From positions 9,700,433 to 9,764,432 of the forward strand of contig OZ037769.1 in assembly GCA_964035545.1 (NCBI GenBank): a DNA stretch of 64,000 bases. Direction: 5' to 3'. The stretch comes from Bugula neritina (lineage: Eukaryota; Animalia; Bryozoa). The notes under the pieces are model-generated. The model ran no database searches. It saw only the letters and a list, made by a program, of their open reading frames with translations, and had not been told where the DNA came from. Made by a program: the position numbers and the translations under genes. Below are positions 61,001-64,000 of the stretch, one piece after another (position 1 is the first letter of the stretch; every line of letters starts with the position of its first letter).

Positions 61001-64000
61001 GCTAAAAGTGCCTAAATATGCTAAAAAGTGCATAAATGTGCCTAAATGTGCTAAAAGTGCCTAAATGTGCTAGAAAGGGCCTAAATGTGCCTAAATGCGC
61101 TAGAAGTGCCTAAATGTGCTAAAAAGGTCCTAAAGGTGCCTAAATGTGCTAAAAAGTGCTTGAATGTGCCTAAATGTGCAAAAGTGCCTAAATGTGCTAA
61201 AAAGTGCCTAAAAGTGCCTAAATATGCCTAAATGTGCTAAGTGCCTAAATTTGCTAAAAAATGCCTAAATGTGCCTAAATGTGCTAATAGTGCCTAAATG
61301 TGCTAAAAGTGCCTAAAAGTGCCTAAATGTGCCTAAATATGCTAAAAAGTGCGTAAATGTGCCTAAATGTGCTAAAAGTGCCTAAATGTGCTAAAAAGTG
61401 CCCATATGTGCCTAAATGGGCCAAAAGTGCCTAAATGTGCTAAAAAGTGCCTAAAAGTGCCTAAATATACCTAAATGTGCTAAATTGTGCCTAAAAGCGC
61501 ATAAATGTGCCTAAATGTGCTAAAAGTGCCTAAATGTGCTAGAAAGGGCCTAAATGTGCTAAAAAGTGCCTGAAAGTGCCTAAATGTGCTAAAATTGCCT
61601 AAAAGTGCCTAAATGTGCTAAAAGTGCCTAAATAAGCCTAAAAGTGCCTAAATGTGCTAAAAGTGCCTAAATGTGCTAAAAAATGCCTAAATGTGCCTAA
61701 ATGTGCTAAAAGTGCCTAAATGTGCATAAATGCGCTAGAAGTGCCTAAATGTGCTGAAACGGTCCTAAAAGTGCCTAAATGTGCTAAAAAGTGCTTGGAA
61801 GTGCCTAAATGTGCTAAAAGTGCCTAAGTGTGCTAAAAAGTGCATATATGTGCCTAAGTGTGCCTAAAAGTGCCTAAATGTGCTAAAAAGTGCTTGAATG
61901 TGCCTAAATGTGCTAAAAGTGCCTAAATGTGCTAAAAAGTGCATATATGTGCGTAAATGTGCCAAAAGTGCCTAAATATGCCTAAATGTGCTAAAAGTGC
62001 CTAAATTTGCTAAAAAATGCATAAATGTGCCTAAATGTGCTAAAAGTGCCTAAATGTGCTAGAAAGGGCCTAAATGTGCCTAAATGCGCTAGAAGTGCCT
62101 AAATGTGCTAAAAAGGTCCTAAAGGTGCCTAAATGTGCTAAAAAGTGCTTGGAAGTGCCTAAATGTGCTAAAAGTGCCTAAGTGTGCTAAAAAGTGCATA
62201 TATGTGCCTAAGTGTGCCTCAAAGTGCCTAAATGTGCTAAAAAGTGCTTGAATGTGCCTAAATGTGCTAAAAGTGCCTAAATGTGCTAAAAAGTGCATAT
62301 CTGTGCGTAAATGTGCCAAAAGTGCCTAAATATGCCTAAATGTGCTAAAAGTGCCTAAATTTGCTAAAAAATGCCTAAATGTGCCTAAATGTGATAATAG
62401 TGTCTAAATGTGCTGAAAAGTGCCTAAAAGTGCCTAAATGTGCTAAAAGTGCCTAAAAGTGCCTAAATGTGCCTAAATATGCTAAAAAGTGCCTAAATAT
62501 GCCTAAAAGTGCCTAAATGTGCCTAAATGTGCTAAAAGTGCCTAAAAGCACCTAAAAGTGCCTAAATGTGCCTAAATGTGCTAAAAGTGCCTAAAAGCGC
62601 CTAAAAGTGCCTAAATGTGCCTAAATGTGCTAACAGTGCCTAAATGTGCTAAAAAGTGCCAAAATGTGCCTAAATGTGCTAAAAGTGCCTAAATGTGCTA
62701 AAAAAAGCCAAAATGTGCCTAAATGTACTAAAGGTGCCTAAATATGCCTAAATGCGCTAGAAGTGCTCAAATGTGCTAAAAAGGTCCTAAAAGTGCCTAA
62801 ATGTGCTAAAAAGTGCTTGAATGTGCGTAAATGTGCTAAAAGTGCATAAATGTGCTAAAAAGTGCATATATGTGCCTAAATGTGCCGAAATGTGCCTGAA
62901 TGTGCTAAAAGTGCCTAAATATGCTAAAAAGTGCATAAATGGGCCTAAATGCGCTAAAAGTGCCTAAATGTGCTAGAAAGGGCCTAAATGTGCTCAAAAG
63001 TGCCTAAATGTGCCTAAATGTGCTAAAAGTGCCTAAATGTGCTAAAAAGTGCCCAAATGTGCCTAAAGGTTCTAAAAGTGCCTAAATGTGCTAATAGTGC
63101 CTAAATGTGCCTAAATGCGCTTAAAATGCCTAAATGTGCTAAAAAGTGCCTAAAAGTGCCTAAATGTGCCTAAATGCGCTAAAAGGTGTATATATGTGCC
63201 TAAATGTGCCAAAAGTGCCTAAATGTGCTAAAAAATGCCTAAATGTGCATAAATATGCTAAAAAGTGCCTAAATGTGCTAAAAGTGCCTAAATGTGCTAA
63301 AAAGTGCCTAAAAGTGCCTAAATATGCCTAAATGTGCTAAAAGTTCCTAAATTTACTAAAAAATGCCTAAACGTGCCTAAATGTGCTAAAAAGTGCCCAA
63401 ATGTGCCTAAAGGTTCTAAAAATGCCTAAATGTGCTAATAGTGCCTAAATGTGCCTAAATGCGCTTAAAATGCCTAAATGTGCTAAAAAGTGCCTAAAAG
63501 TGCCTAAATGTGCCTAAATGTGCTAAAAGGGCCTAAATGTGCCAAAAAGTACCCATATGCGCCTAAATGTGCTAAAAAGTGCATATATGTGCCTAAATGT
63601 GCCAAAAATGCTTAAATCTGCTAAAAAATGCCTAAATGTGCCTAAATATGCTAAAAAGTGCCCAACTGTGCTAAAAGTGCCTAAATGTGCCTAAATGTGC
63701 TAAAAGTGCCTAAATGTGCTAAAAGTGCATAAATGTGCCTAAATGTGCCGAAACGTGCCTGAATGTGCTAAAAGTGCCTAAATATGCTAAAAAGTGCATA
63801 AATGGGCCTAAATGCGCTAAAAGTGCCTAAATGTGCTAGAAAGGGCCTAAATGTGCTCAAAAGTGCCTAAATGTGCCTAAATGTGCTAAAAGTGCCTAAA
63901 TGTGCTAAAAGGTGCCCAAATGTGCCTAAAGGTTCTAAAAGTGCCTAAATGTGCTAATAGTGCCTAAATGTGCCTAAATGCGCTTAAAATGCCTAAATGT
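58016..64000. repeat. Sat-II: 9-11-bp tandem satellite (AAATGTGCCT / AAAAGTGCCT / AAATGTGCTA(A))
   Basis: Continuous array to the window end with variable A-run length. Recurrent variants include GGTCCT, GCGCTAGAAG, GGTTCT and TGAATTACCTG. Confidence 0.98.

Noticed and set aside
62119-62319. 66-aa ORF in Sat-II
   Set aside because: It is a translation of the satellite repeat.

Overview
This is eukaryotic (probably metazoan) repetitive, heterochromatin-type DNA with no credible protein-coding gene. About 47 kb is a 10-bp satellite (Sat-I, consensus ~ACTGHAAYAY; 1-39291, 41069-43967, 53382-58018). It is built from a patchwork of near-identical multi-kb duplications (offsets 2922, 4344, 5446, 5575, 6126, ~11990 and 1990 bp). 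At ~58018 it switches abruptly to a second 9-11-bp satellite (Sat-II, AAATGTGCCT/AAAAGTGCCT/AAATGTGCTA) that runs to the window end. Two transposon insertions interrupt Sat-I, and both have empty-site copies inside the window. The first is a 1777-bp non-autonomous hAT-like element (16-bp TIR, 8-bp TSD) containing a decayed ~630-bp CACAG-ended element. The second is a 9414-bp CACAG...CTGTG element (TA TSD) of that same short family, carrying ~8.8 kb of extra sequence. That extra sequence includes a 4124-bp fold-back element (627-bp near-perfect arms, AT TSD, ISL2EU-like), which itself holds a 547-bp solo LTR. The many Cys/Tyr/Val-rich minus-strand ORFs are artefacts of the satellite. I found no new gene system; the notable biology is the nested TE architecture and the satellite evolution. 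All alignments and mismatch counts were done by eye.
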